DNA of 64,000 nucleotides from an uncultured Mycoplasmatota bacterium (GTDB lineage Bacteria; Bacillota_I; Bacilli_A; RF39; UBA660). The translations under genes and the position numbers were made by a program. Shown one piece after another: positions 9,606 to 19,218 of this stretch. The stretch spans positions 108,973 through 172,972 of the forward strand of contig UROI01000001.1 in NCBI GenBank assembly GCA_900549325.1, read 5' to 3'. The notes under the pieces are model-generated. The model saw nothing but the letters and a program-made list of their open reading frames with translations. It had not been told where the DNA came from and did no database searches. Numbering within the stretch: position 1 is the stretch's first letter; the number at the start of each line of letters is the position of its first letter.

Positions 9606-11209
9606 GTATAAAAAATAAATTACAGAGTATTATTAAAAATAGTCTTCCTATGGATTTAGATATTAATAAGATAGTTATTGATATTCCTAAAGACAAGAAA
9701 AATGGTGATTATTCTACTAATGTGGCTTTTTTACTTACTAAAGAACTTAAAAAGAGTCCAATGTTAGTTGCAGAAGATATTGCTAATAATATTAAAGATG
9801 AAATGATTGAAAAAGTAGAGATTGCTAATCCTGGATTTATTAATATATTTTTATCTAAGAAGTTTTTACTTGATAATATTAATAAGATATTAGAGGAAGA
9901 TAAAGACTATGGTAGAAATAATTCTGGTAATAATGAGAAGATAAATATTGAATATGTGTCCGCTAATCCTACTGGTACTTTACATATTGGTCATGGTAGA
10001 GGTGCTGTATATGGTGATAATCTATCTAAATTAATGTCTTTCTGTGGATATGATGTTACTAGAGAATATTATATTAATGATGCTGGTAATCAGATGTATA
10101 ATCTTGGAGTATCTATTAAAGAGAGATATAAAGAGAGATGCGGACTTGAATGGGAACTTCCTGAAAATGGTTATCATGGTAAAGAGATTATTCAATTAGC
10201 GGAATCTTTGTATGATACTTATGGTGATAGTAAATTAGATGAAGATATACCTTTCTTTAAAAAGGCTGGACTTGATATTTTACTTGATGGTATTAAGAAA
10301 GATTTAGATAAGTTTAGAGTTAATTTTGATGTGTTTACTAGTGAACAATCTTTATATGATAGGGGACTTGTTGAAAATACTTTGAATAAACTTAAAGATA
10401 GTGGTAAATGCTATATTAGTGATGATGCTTTATGGCTTAAGACTACTGATTTATATGATGAGAAAGATAGAGTACTTATTAAGAGTGATGGTAATTATAC
10501 TTATTTACTTCCGGATATTGCTTATCATAGTGATAAATTAAATAGAGGTTTTAATAGACTTGTTGATGTACTTGGTTCTGATCATCATGGTTATATTAAT
10601 AGATTAAGATCTTCTTTAGAGATGGTTGGATATGATTCTAGTAAACTTGAAATTAAGATACTTCAAATGGTAAGATTACTTAGAAATGGTGAAGAGGTTA
10701 AGCTTAGTAAGAGAACTGGTAAGACTATTACTCTTAATGAATTAATTGAAGATGTTGGTGTTAATGCTGCAAGATATTTCTTTGCTTCAAAAAGTTTGGA
10801 TACTCAAATGGATTTTGACCTTGATTTAGCAGTTAAGAATAGTAATGAAAATCCTATTTACTATATTGAGTATGCCAATGCAAGAATTAGTTCTATTCTT
10901 AAAAATAAAGAAGTAGAAAAGATTGATAATTATAGTACTATGGATAATGAGACTGCATATACTATTTTGAATAAACTTATGGAATTTGAAGATGTACTAA
11001 TTAATGCTGCATCAAGAGAATTACCACATATGGTGGCTAATTACTTGTATGAACTTGCTAGTTTGTTTCATAGTTATTATTCTAAAGAAAAGATTGTTAC
11101 TGAAGATATAGAGTATACTAAAGAGAGACTAGCATTTATTAAGGCAATTAAGATTGTTATGAATAATGCTGCGAATATATTAGGTTTAATACTTAGAGAG
11201 GAAATGTAG
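9602..11209 (+). CDS. argS: Arginyl-tRNA synthetase
   Basis: SANPTGTLHIGHGRG (HIGH) motif, 535-aa length, and the typical C-terminal DALR domain ending in Met. Confidence 0.95.
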   Translation: MSIKNKLQSIIKNSLPMDLDINKIVIDIPKDKKNGDYSTNVAFLLTKELKKSPMLVAEDIANNIKDEMIEKVEIANPGFINIFLSKKFLLDNINKILEEDKDYGRNNSGNNEKINIEYVSANPTGTLHIGHGRGAVYGDNLSKLMSFCGYDVTREYYINDAGNQMYNLGVSIKERYKERCGLEWELPENGYHGKEIIQLAESLYDTYGDSKLDEDIPFFKKAGLDILLDGIKKDLDKFRVNFDVFTSEQSLYDRGLVENTLNKLKDSGKCYISDDALWLKTTDLYDEKDRVLIKSDGNYTYLLPDIAYHSDKLNRGFNRLVDVLGSDHHGYINRLRSSLEMVGYDSSKLEIKILQMVRLLRNGEEVKLSKRTGKTITLNELIEDVGVNAARYFFASKSLDTQMDFDLDLAVKNSNENPIYYIEYANARISSILKNKEVEKIDNYSTMDNETAYTILNKLMEFEDVLINAASRELPHMVANYLYELASLFHSYYSKEKIVTEDIEYTKERLAFIKAIKIVMNNAANILGLILREEM

Positions 11210-11222
11210 GAGGATTAATATT

Positions 11223-11675
11223 ATGTTAAGTGAAATGAGTAAAGAACAATTAGAACTTCTTTCTTATACTAAGATTGCAGAAATGTATTTGAAAGAAAAT
11301 AAGAAGACTATGAATACTGCTGATTTATTCAGAGAAGTATGTAAATTATTGGATTTAGATGAGAGAGAATATGAAGATAAGATAGCTGACTTTTTTGAGT
11401 CTTTAACTACTTCTAAAGAGTTTATATTACTTAATGATGGTAATTGGGATTTGAGAGCTAATCATAGTGTTAAGATTGATATGGATGATATTTATGATGA
11501 ATCTGATTCTGATGATGAAGTATCTGATTCTGAAGATGATGATATTGAAATGGGTGAAGAAGATAACTACGAAGATGATAGTTATGATAAAGATATTGAT
11601 GATGATGACTTGGTAGATGATGATTATAATGATTTATCAATAGTAGATGAAGATGAACTAGATAGTGAAAACTAG
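11223..11675 (+). CDS. rpoE: DNA-directed RNA polymerase delta subunit
   Basis: The N-terminal domain aligns to Bacillus RpoE (LSYTKIAEMYLKE..., GNWDLR). It is followed by a long D/E-rich tail. Confidence 0.85.
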   Translation: MLSEMSKEQLELLSYTKIAEMYLKENKKTMNTADLFREVCKLLDLDEREYEDKIADFFESLTTSKEFILLNDGNWDLRANHSVKIDMDDIYDESDSDDEVSDSEDDDIEMGEEDNYEDDSYDKDIDDDDLVDDDYNDLSIVDEDELDSEN

Positions 11676-11688
11676 TTCTTTTTTATTA

Positions 11689-11866
11689 CCTCTTAAGCCA
11701 AGGTCTTAAGAGGCACAATAGAGCCTAGTGTCTCTATTGTGAAGAATTTATGTATTAAATTAATTCCTGGTATATAGATTATGCTTCTATATGATAGATT
11801 TTATTTTAAGACTTAGAATAAGGCTTAAAATAACAGTGAGAGACTTACATAGTAAGGCTCAAACTG
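11689..11866. repeat. Tandem-hairpin intergenic repeat, locus B (composite: two units head-to-head, 4 hairpins)
   Basis: The left unit is in reverse orientation: CCTCTTAAG-CCAAGGT-CTTAAGAGG (11689-11713) and CACAATAGAG-CCTAGTGT-CTCTATTGTG (11714-11741). The right unit is forward, with head GCTTCTATATGATAG (11783-11797). Its hairpins are ATTTTAAG-ACTTAGAATAAGG-CTTAAAAT (11803-11831) and the imperfect CAGTGAGAG-ACTTACATAGTAAGG-CTCAAACTG (11834-11866). Confidence 0.75.
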
Positions 11867-11922
11867 AATATAAAGAATAAAATATATTGTTAGTACATAG
11901 AATTATGTGGAGGAATAATTCT

Positions 11923-12843
11923 ATGAAGAAGAAGATTAAGGTAGGTATACCTAGAGCATTTTTATATTATAGATATTATATACTATGGAAGAATTTCTTT
12001 GGGATAATAGGATGTAGTATAGTACTTAGTCCTAATACTGATAGTGATATTATTAAGGCAGGAAATAGTTTATCAGTAGATGAATCTTGTCTTCCTAGTA
12101 AGATATATTTAGGTCATATTAGTTATTTATGTAATAAATGTGATTATATACTAGTACCTAGAATATATAGTTATGGTATAAAGAAAAGAGTATGTGTTAA
12201 GTTTAATGGTATTTATGATGTTGTTAATAATTTGTTTTCTAATATTAAGATATTAGACTATAATATAGATAATTTAAAATTTAGGTATGAATTATTTGGT
12301 TTTATTAAGATGGGACTAAGATTAAATAAAAATATATTTAGAATTATTTATGCTTATATTATTGGTAAGATAAGACAATATAGATATAATAAAACTCTTA
12401 TATTAAAACAAAATAAGATAATGAGAAGCAATAGATTAAAAATACTTATTGTATCTCATCCTTATATTGTTTATGATAAGTATTTATCTAGTAATATTAT
12501 TAATTATTTAAAAGATGAAGATATTGATATATTGTATTCTGATAGAATGAATAGAAAAGAAGCAATTTATTATGCTGAAGAAGAATCTAATACTTTATAT
12601 TTTTTATATTCTAAAGAGAATATTGGTAGTGCTTTTTATTATAAAGATGTAGTAGATGGTATTATATTTTTATCAGCATTTCCATGTGGTACAGATAGTT
12701 TGGTTAATGAACTGGCTATTAGAAAACTTAAGAATATACCATGTATTAATATTATATTAGATGATAGTACTTCTACTTCGGGATTATATACTAGATTAGA
12801 GAGTTTTGTTGATATTATAAAGGTAAGGCATGATAATGGGTAA
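11923..12843 (+). CDS. Acyl-CoA dehydratase activase-related protein (DUF2229-like), subunit 1
   Basis: ATG 11923 follows TGGAGG. The N-terminus KVGIPRAFLYYRYYILWKNFFGIIGCSIVLSP...VDESCLPSKIYLGH and FPCGTDS match the uncharacterised domain found C-terminal to BcrAD/BadFG activases. Confidence 0.6.
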   Translation: MKKKIKVGIPRAFLYYRYYILWKNFFGIIGCSIVLSPNTDSDIIKAGNSLSVDESCLPSKIYLGHISYLCNKCDYILVPRIYSYGIKKRVCVKFNGIYDVVNNLFSNIKILDYNIDNLKFRYELFGFIKMGLRLNKNIFRIIYAYIIGKIRQYRYNKTLILKQNKIMRSNRLKILIVSHPYIVYDKYLSSNIINYLKDEDIDILYSDRMNRKEAIYYAEEESNTLYFLYSKENIGSAFYYKDVVDGIIFLSAFPCGTDSLVNELAIRKLKNIPCINIILDDSTSTSGLYTRLESFVDIIKVRHDNG

Positions 12844-13891
12844 GGTTATATCATTCCCACATTTGGGTAATTATTATATAGTATTTAATTATTTTCTTAG
12901 TAGAGCATTAAAGTGTAAAGTAATTATTCCTCCTAAAAGTACTAGAAAGACTATAGAACTTGGTAGTAAATATTCTCCTGATTTTGTATGTGTACCTTTT
13001 AAATATAATTTAGGTAACTATATTGAAGCACTTGATATGGGAGCTAATGTTCTTGTTCAAGGTGGTGGTGGTTGTAGATATGGTTATTATGGTGAGTTAC
13101 AAGAAAAGATACTTAGAGATTTAGGTTATGATTTTGAGTTTTATAATTTAATTTATGATAATCATATTTCTCTTAAAAAAGGGTATAAGTTTTGTAAAAA
13201 GATGAATAGAAAGTGTAATATATTTAGTCTTATGTATTATCTTATTAATAGTTTAGTTATGATTATATTTATTGATAAGATAGAGAGGTATATTAGACTT
13301 AATATGGGATTTGAAGTAGTAAAAGGAGAGTTTGAAAGAGTAGAAAAGGAATATTTAGATAGTTTTAAAAATAATGGAATTATTAAGAATATTATTATGT
13401 ATTTTAGATATAGAAAGAAGTTTAGAAATATTGATATTAATAAACCTAGTAACCCTCTTAGAGTTAGAATAGTAGGAGAATTATTTTCTCTTATTGATTC
13501 TAATACTTCGTTTGATATTGAAAGAAAACTAATTAAAATGGGAGTAGAAGTATATAGAGATACTGATCTTACTTATTTACTTATTACAAAGAGATTTATT
13601 CTTAATAGAATGATTAGAAAGGGTAAGAGATATCTTAAATATCATTTAGGGGCTGATGGGACCGCAAGTGTTGTTAGAAGTATTGATTCTACTTATATGG
13701 ATGGTATCTTGCATTTGAAGAGTTTTGGTTGTGCTCCGGAAATATCAGCGATGAGTATTTTACCTAAGATATCTAATGAATACAAAATACCTATATTATA
13801 TTTTAGTTTTGATTCTGAAGATAATGAAGTAGGGGTAGATACGAGGCTAGAGGCTTTTTATGATATGATTAAAAGAAGAAATAATGGTTAG
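12830..13891 (+). CDS. Acyl-CoA dehydratase activase-related protein (DUF2229-like), subunit 2
   Basis: ISFPHLGNYY...TIELGSKYSPDFVCVPFKYNLGNYIEAL...GGGGCRYGYYGELQEKILRDLGYDFEF and KSFGCAPE. It overlaps the upstream gene, which implies translational coupling. Confidence 0.6.
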   Translation: MIMGKVISFPHLGNYYIVFNYFLSRALKCKVIIPPKSTRKTIELGSKYSPDFVCVPFKYNLGNYIEALDMGANVLVQGGGGCRYGYYGELQEKILRDLGYDFEFYNLIYDNHISLKKGYKFCKKMNRKCNIFSLMYYLINSLVMIIFIDKIERYIRLNMGFEVVKGEFERVEKEYLDSFKNNGIIKNIIMYFRYRKKFRNIDINKPSNPLRVRIVGELFSLIDSNTSFDIERKLIKMGVEVYRDTDLTYLLITKRFILNRMIRKGKRYLKYHLGADGTASVVRSIDSTYMDGILHLKSFGCAPEISAMSILPKISNEYKIPILYFSFDSEDNEVGVDTRLEAFYDMIKRRNNG

Positions 13892-13980
13892 TTTCTTCTT
13901 TTTTAATATAAATTTTTATAAAATTATTTGTATCTTAAAAAATATATGGTATAATGGATATTGAATAAGAAGGTGTTTAT

Positions 13981-14646
13981 ATGAGTGTAGGAATTTTTCT
14001 TTTATTAATGTGTATTTGTTTGGGATTAATATATATAGTGCATAAGTATTTTGATAAACATGAATTTTATATACTTGCTATTATTTATACTATTTTATCA
14101 TTTATTATGTCTTTTAAATTAGTTAATATATTTGGAATTGATATTAATCTTGGTATTATATTTTCTTCAGGATTACTTGTTATACTTTACTATTTTGTTA
14201 ATAGGTATGGTAAGGGTGAAGATAAGAAGTTAATTACTACGATTGGTGTTAGTACTATTTTGTTTGGTATTATACTTTTACTTAATACTTTTATTGTTCC
14301 TTCACTTGGTGATAAAAATTCTATTATATATCAAGAATTGATATTTAATAATATGCCTATTCTTATATTATATCCAATATCTTTAATTGGTACATTACTT
14401 TTTAGTAGTTATACTTTTAATGAACTAAAAAAAGAAAATAGTAAAAGACTTATTAAGACTATACTTACAGTAATTGGTATTTTGTTTGCTGATGTATTTG
14501 TATTTATGTATTTTAGTTATGCTTTTATTATTAGATATGATACTTCGATGATGATTACTTTGGGTAATTACTTGGTTAAATCTATTGTAACTATAATATA
14601 CTTACTTATTGTCAATAAGATGTTTGAAGTAAAGAAGGTGAAATAA
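13981..14646 (+). CDS. Integral membrane protein, VUT/YhhQ-like (queuosine-precursor transporter family?)
   Basis: About 6 TM helices and a 221-aa length. The pattern FKLVNIFGIDINLGIIFSSGLLVILYYFVNRYGKGE resembles YhhQ. The family assignment is tentative. Confidence 0.5.
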   Translation: MSVGIFLLLMCICLGLIYIVHKYFDKHEFYILAIIYTILSFIMSFKLVNIFGIDINLGIIFSSGLLVILYYFVNRYGKGEDKKLITTIGVSTILFGIILLLNTFIVPSLGDKNSIIYQELIFNNMPILILYPISLIGTLLFSSYTFNELKKENSKRLIKTILTVIGILFADVFVFMYFSYAFIIRYDTSMMITLGNYLVKSIVTIIYLLIVNKMFEVKKVK

Positions 14647-15320
14647 TGAATTATATTGTTTTAATTACAGAGATACTTCTTACTTTCTTTTTGATATTCT
14701 TAGCATATAAAATGGGTAAGAAAGATGGCTTATATTTGGGTATAGTTTTATTTAGCTCTATTTTATGTGTAATGTTATTTAAGATGGTTAATATGTTTGA
14801 TTTTGATGTTAATATGGGTATTCCTTTTATAGTGGGAATATTACTTCTTAATAACATTATTGTTCATAGATATGGATTTGATGAGATGGCAAGAATACTT
14901 CGTACTTTTGGTATAGCATATGTTCTTGCTTATATGATTATTATGATTACTACTTTAACTATTGGTAGTAAGTATAATTTGACTAGTAATGATAGTTATA
15001 ATCTGTTATTTGGATATGATTTATCTAATATTAGATATTTTATTGGAGGCCTTCTGTCAATTGGTATGATTATATGGATGGGTAGTAATATTTATGATGA
15101 TATTAGAAAGAATAAAAATAATATTATATTTAATAATATTGGTTCAATATTGGTAGTTTTATTTATTGAAAGTATTATTTTTGTTAGTATAGCACATATT
15201 GGTAATTATTCAGTAGTAGAACTATTTGGTATGGTTGTTATTAGATATTTGATAGAGGTTGTAATTGGTTTATTGGGATTAATACCAGTATATTTGATTG
15301 TTAAAAGAAAAGATAAGTAG
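14646..15320 (+). CDS. Integral membrane protein, paralog of the preceding VUT/YhhQ-like protein
   Basis: 224 aa with the same topology. FKMVNMFDFDVNMGIPFIVGILLLNNIIVHRYGFDE parallels the upstream paralog. The start abuts the upstream stop. Confidence 0.5.
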   Translation: MNYIVLITEILLTFFLIFLAYKMGKKDGLYLGIVLFSSILCVMLFKMVNMFDFDVNMGIPFIVGILLLNNIIVHRYGFDEMARILRTFGIAYVLAYMIIMITTLTIGSKYNLTSNDSYNLLFGYDLSNIRYFIGGLLSIGMIIWMGSNIYDDIRKNKNNIIFNNIGSILVVLFIESIIFVSIAHIGNYSVVELFGMVVIRYLIEVVIGLLGLIPVYLIVKRKDK

Positions 15321-15331
15321 GTGAATGTAGT

Positions 15332-15997
15332 ATGAGAACAAGAAAACAAGAATTAGTAAGTGACGATTTAAAGCCTTTTGTATGTGGAATTATCAAGGAG
15401 TATAGAGAAAAGTATAATTATTCTTTGGAGGATTTAGCTAGGGCTTTAAATTATAAAAAGAATAGACAAACATTACATAAGTATGAGACTGGTACTCTTA
15501 ATATTCCTTATGAAATATTTTTTGATATAGCTGAGATATTTAATATTAATTCAGATGTTATTAAAGATATTCCTATGACTAAGGAAGAGGAAGAATTATT
15601 CGAGAAGAAACTTATTAAGAATTATGTTAATACTTTTAATGGTAATAAAAATGTTACTTCAAGAGGAGAAAAGATTGTTAATACTTATAAGAATGCTTCA
15701 TATGAACCTGTCAGTAAGCAGTGTGCGTTGTCTATTAAGCTTACTGATGATTCAATGGCTCCGATATATTTAAAAGGAGATAGAATATTCTTTAGAAAGA
15801 AAGATAGTTATAATAATGGTGATGATATTGTTATTGCTGTTAAGGGTAATACTTTATCTGTTAGAAGACTATATAAAAGTAATAAGGCTATTATTCTTCA
15901 GGCAATGAATCCTAAGTATCAAACTATTGTAGTTAATGTCTTTTCAGAAGATATGATACTTGGTAAAGTTGAAACTATGAGTAGGGAAGTAAGATAA
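15332..15997 (+). CDS. LexA-like repressor (XRE-type HTH + S24 peptidase domain)
   Basis: The N-terminal HTH is YSLEDLARALNYKKNRQTLHKYETG. The C-terminal S24 signature is LTDDSMAPIYLKGDRIFF ... VRRLYK. Confidence 0.75.
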   Translation: MRTRKQELVSDDLKPFVCGIIKEYREKYNYSLEDLARALNYKKNRQTLHKYETGTLNIPYEIFFDIAEIFNINSDVIKDIPMTKEEEELFEKKLIKNYVNTFNGNKNVTSRGEKIVNTYKNASYEPVSKQCALSIKLTDDSMAPIYLKGDRIFFRKKDSYNNGDDIVIAVKGNTLSVRRLYKSNKAIILQAMNPKYQTIVVNVFSEDMILGKVETMSREVR

Positions 15998-15998
15998 A

Positions 15999-16034
15999 AT
16001 AAAAAAGGCTTCAATATGAAGTCTTTTGTTTTTC
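15999..16034. terminator. Bidirectional intrinsic terminator (LexA-like operon / hup)
   Basis: AAGGCTTCA-ata-TGAAGTCTT (16005-16025), flanked by an A-run upstream and a T-run downstream. Confidence 0.7.
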
Positions 16035-16042
16035 TTTTTAAA

Positions 16043-16315
16043 TTAGTTTAAAGCGTCTTTTAATTTGCTTCCAGCTTTGAATCCTGGAACAACTCTAGCA
16101 GCGATTTTAACTGTTTCACCAGTTTGTGGGTTTCTTCCTTCTCTTGCTTCTCTCTTTTTAGCAGTGAAAGTACCAAATCCTACGAAAGTTACTTTTCCTT
16201 CTTTTTTAAGTCCTTCAGTAACTCCTTCAATCATTGCTTCTAATGCTCTTCCTGCATCAGCTTTTGTTAAATCAGCTTTTTCAGCTATAAATTCTACTAA
16301 TTCTGCTTTTGTCAT
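16043..16315 (-). CDS. hup: DNA-binding protein HU
   Basis: MTKAELVEFIAEKADLTKADAGRALEAMI...GFGTF...RNPQTGE is a full-length HU match. The start was moved to ATG 16315 behind GGAGG. Confidence 0.95.
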   Translation of the reverse strand: MTKAELVEFIAEKADLTKADAGRALEAMIEGVTEGLKKEGKVTFVGFGTFTAKKREAREGRNPQTGETVKIAARVVPGFKAGSKLKDALN

Positions 16316-16507
16316 TTTTATTACCTCCATTTGTGTAGTGTAAACATATTATGTTTACTACATTAAAGATACCATATAATCATAATAAAATCAAGGGTTT
16401 TAAAGTAAATTAGATAATATTTTTGAAAAGTTAACCGGTTGTATACCAATATTTAATTAAAAAATTAGCATACTTTTAATTAATGTAGTTATAATAATAA
16501 TATGTTG

Positions 16508-16536
16508 TTGTCAGTTCGTTTTTGTTATGCTATAAT
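16508..16536 (+). promoter_or_regulatory. SigA-type promoter of the AI-2E transporter gene
   Basis: TTGTCA (16508-16513), 17 nt, TATAAT (16531-16536). The ORF-track start at 16522 lies inside this promoter. Confidence 0.6.
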
Positions 16537-16560
16537 AAAGGTGATTTGGAGGACGATAAT

Positions 16561-17706
16561 ATGAAATTTAATACAAGAAAAGATATTCTATTTGTTATTT
16601 CGTATGTTGCTATTATTATTTTTGCTCTTGTTAACTTTGATAAAATAATAAAGTCTTTGGAATATGTAATTAATATTTTATCACCATTTATTATTGGAGC
16701 TCTTTTAGCTTTTGTATTAAATGTTTTGATTAAGTTTATTGAGACTAAGATATTTGGTAAGATTAAGAATGGTAAAGTATGGAAAAAGGTTAAAAGACCA
16801 CTTAGTATTACGATTAGTTTGATATTAGTTGGACTTATTATTTATTTTGTCATGAATTTACTTATTCCACAACTTAAAAATTCGGTTTCTTTATTTACTG
16901 AAACACTACCTGGATATAAAGAAGATGTTATTAATATACTTGAAAAATTTGATGTTGGTGAGAATACAATTAGTAAAGTAAGTGAATATTTAGATAACTT
17001 TACTAAGGTTATTACTGATTATATAAAAGATAATTCTAAAGATGTTTTATCTATTACAACAGAAGTTGCTTCTTCGATAATTGGTATTGTTAGTAAGGGT
17101 ATTATTTCACTTGTATTTGCTATATATATTATCGCACAAAAAGAGACTTTGAAGAGACAGGTTAATAAATTAATGAAGGCTTATTTAAAACCTAGGGTAA
17201 GTGATAAAATTACTGACATAGCTGTTATGGCTAATAAAACTTTTTCTAATTTTGTTACAGGTCAATGTTTAGAAGCAGTTATATTTGGCGTTTTATGTTT
17301 CTTAGGTATGCTTATTCTTAGACTTCCTTATGCCTCTACTATTGCGGTTGTTATGGGATTTACGGCTTTAATACCAGTATTTGGTGCAATAATTGGTACT
17401 TCACTTGGAGCTATTTTAATTCTTATGGTTAGTCCTGTTAAAGCGATTATCTTCGTAGCATTTATAATTGTTTTACAGCAGTTAGAGGGTAATCTTATTT
17501 ATCCAAAAGTCGTTGGTAAATCTATTGGTCTTCCTGGAATGTGGGTATTATTTTCTGTAACTATTGGAGCTAGTGTTGCTGGAATATGGGGAATGTTTGT
17601 AGCTACGCCATTATTCTCAGTATTATATTCTATATTTTCTAAAATGATTAATGAACGTATTAATAAAAATAAAGTTGCTATTAAAGTAGAAGAAAAAAAG
17701 GCTTAG
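16561..17706 (+). CDS. AI-2E family transporter (PerM/UPF0118)
   Basis: Multi-TM protein with the signature QQLEGNLIYPKVVGKSIGLPGMWVLFSV. ATG 16561 follows GGAGG. Confidence 0.85.
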   Translation: MKFNTRKDILFVISYVAIIIFALVNFDKIIKSLEYVINILSPFIIGALLAFVLNVLIKFIETKIFGKIKNGKVWKKVKRPLSITISLILVGLIIYFVMNLLIPQLKNSVSLFTETLPGYKEDVINILEKFDVGENTISKVSEYLDNFTKVITDYIKDNSKDVLSITTEVASSIIGIVSKGIISLVFAIYIIAQKETLKRQVNKLMKAYLKPRVSDKITDIAVMANKTFSNFVTGQCLEAVIFGVLCFLGMLILRLPYASTIAVVMGFTALIPVFGAIIGTSLGAILILMVSPVKAIIFVAFIIVLQQLEGNLIYPKVVGKSIGLPGMWVLFSVTIGASVAGIWGMFVATPLFSVLYSIFSKMINERINKNKVAIKVEEKKA

Positions 17707-17719
17707 GTTTAAGTCTTTT

Positions 17720-19189
17720 TTATATTACTATGGCAATCATGTTAGAAGAGCCTTTATTTATTATTTTGGTTAAAGTTTGACATAATTTAAATCTTATATT
17801 ATCTGGCATCATTGATAATTTAGCTTGAATACCTTCTTGGACTATTACATCCAAACTTCTTCCAAATATTTCACTTTTCCAAATACCATTTTCATTCTCG
17901 TTTTTTGTTAAGTAATCTATTAATTCTTTACTCTGCAACTCACTTCCAATTATCGGCTCGAAAGTACTCTCGACATCTACTTTTATCATGTGTATTGATG
18001 AAGCTTTGGCTTTAAGTTTTATGCCATATCTAGAACCTTGTTTTATTATTTCTGGTGGGTCTAGTTTCATGTCTTCGAGAGTAGGTGAAGCAATGCCGTA
18101 TCCTGTTTGTTTAACCATTTTTAAAGCACTCTTAATCTGATCATATTCTTTTTTTGCTACATTTAACTCTTGGAATAATGAAAGTAAATCTGCTTTTGTA
18201 CCGACAGAAACACCGATGGTATCTTTTAAAACTTGACTATATAATCCCGCAGGAGCCTCTAAATTTATGGTAACTTCTCCAGTAGAAGGATCTACTTCAG
18301 ATATATATGATTTTGAAATGTATTCAGATTCTGTGAAATTGTTATTTATTTTATCTATATCTTTTAGTTTGTTTACTTCAGTAATGGCTTCTTTTATTTT
18401 AGTTATATATTCCTTTTTGATGTTATTGTCTGGATTTAAGACCGCTATCCATTCTGGCATATTTACTTTTATTTGTTCTATAGGAAATTCATATAGAGCT
18501 TCTTTTAAGATACCATACATATCTTTTTCTTGCATGGACTCAATGTTTATTGGCAATACTGGTACTTTATATTCTTCTTTCATTTTGTCTGCAAGTCTTT
18601 CAGTATCAGGAAGCATTGGATGAATTGAATTTAATAATACGATATATGGTTTACCTATGGAAGTTAATTCTTCAATTACTGTTTTTTCGGCTTCTAGATA
18701 TTCACTTCTTGGTATTTCTCCAATTGATCCATCAGTAGTTACAACTATGCCAATAGTTGAATGATCTTTAATTACTTTTTCTGTTCCTATTTCTGCGGCC
18801 TCTACAAATGGGATTGGTTCTTGATACCAAGGTGTCATAACTAGTCTTGGACCATTTTCATCTTCATAACCTTTGGCTGCTGGAATTACATATCCTACAC
18901 AGTCAATCATTCTTATATTAGCAGAGAAATCTTCTATTTGAATTTTGGTTGCTGTAGCTGGGACGAATTTTGGCTCAGTAGTCATTATTGTTTTACCAGC
19001 GGCTGCCTGTGGTAGTTCGTCTAAGCATCTCTTTCTTTCGTATTCATCTTGAATATTTGGAATTATTAAGTTCTCCATAAACTTTCTAATAAAAGTTGAT
19101 TTTCCTGTACGAACAGCTCCGACGACTCCTAAATATATATCTCCTCCTGATCTTTTACCAATACTTTTTATAACTTCTATTTTTTCCAT
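17720..19189 (-). CDS. spoIVA: Stage IV sporulation protein A
   Basis: The N-terminus GGDIYLGVVGAVRTGKSTFIRKFME (Walker A) and LPQAAAGKTIMTTEPKFVP are characteristic of SpoIVA. The length is 489 aa. Confidence 0.93.
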   Translation of the reverse strand: MEKIEVIKSIGKRSGGDIYLGVVGAVRTGKSTFIRKFMENLIIPNIQDEYERKRCLDELPQAAAGKTIMTTEPKFVPATATKIQIEDFSANIRMIDCVGYVIPAAKGYEDENGPRLVMTPWYQEPIPFVEAAEIGTEKVIKDHSTIGIVVTTDGSIGEIPRSEYLEAEKTVIEELTSIGKPYIVLLNSIHPMLPDTERLADKMKEEYKVPVLPINIESMQEKDMYGILKEALYEFPIEQIKVNMPEWIAVLNPDNNIKKEYITKIKEAITEVNKLKDIDKINNNFTESEYISKSYISEVDPSTGEVTINLEAPAGLYSQVLKDTIGVSVGTKADLLSLFQELNVAKKEYDQIKSALKMVKQTGYGIASPTLEDMKLDPPEIIKQGSRYGIKLKAKASSIHMIKVDVESTFEPIIGSELQSKELIDYLTKNENENGIWKSEIFGRSLDVIVQEGIQAKLSMMPDNIRFKLCQTLTKIINKGSSNMIAIVI

Positions 19190-19218
19190 TTACATACCTC
19201 TTTTCTTTTTATCACTAA

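Noticed and set aside
13892-13980. Possible preQ1 riboswitch upstream of the YhhQ-like transporter genes
   Set aside because: No preQ1-type hairpin or A-rich tail consensus is visible. The spacer contains only a promoter-like TGGTATAAT and an SD.
16065-16343. Plus-strand ORF antisense to hup
   Set aside because: It is the mirror frame of a highly conserved HU gene, and no SD is present.
16522-16560. N-terminal extensions proposed by the ORF track. Examples are 16522, 29633, 31477, 33901, 34921, 36325, 39046, 46954, 60420 and 60824.
   Set aside because: The extensions start at non-ATG or unsupported codons inside promoters, SD sequences or upstream genes. Downstream ATG/GTG codons with 5-9 nt SD spacing match the conserved protein N-termini.
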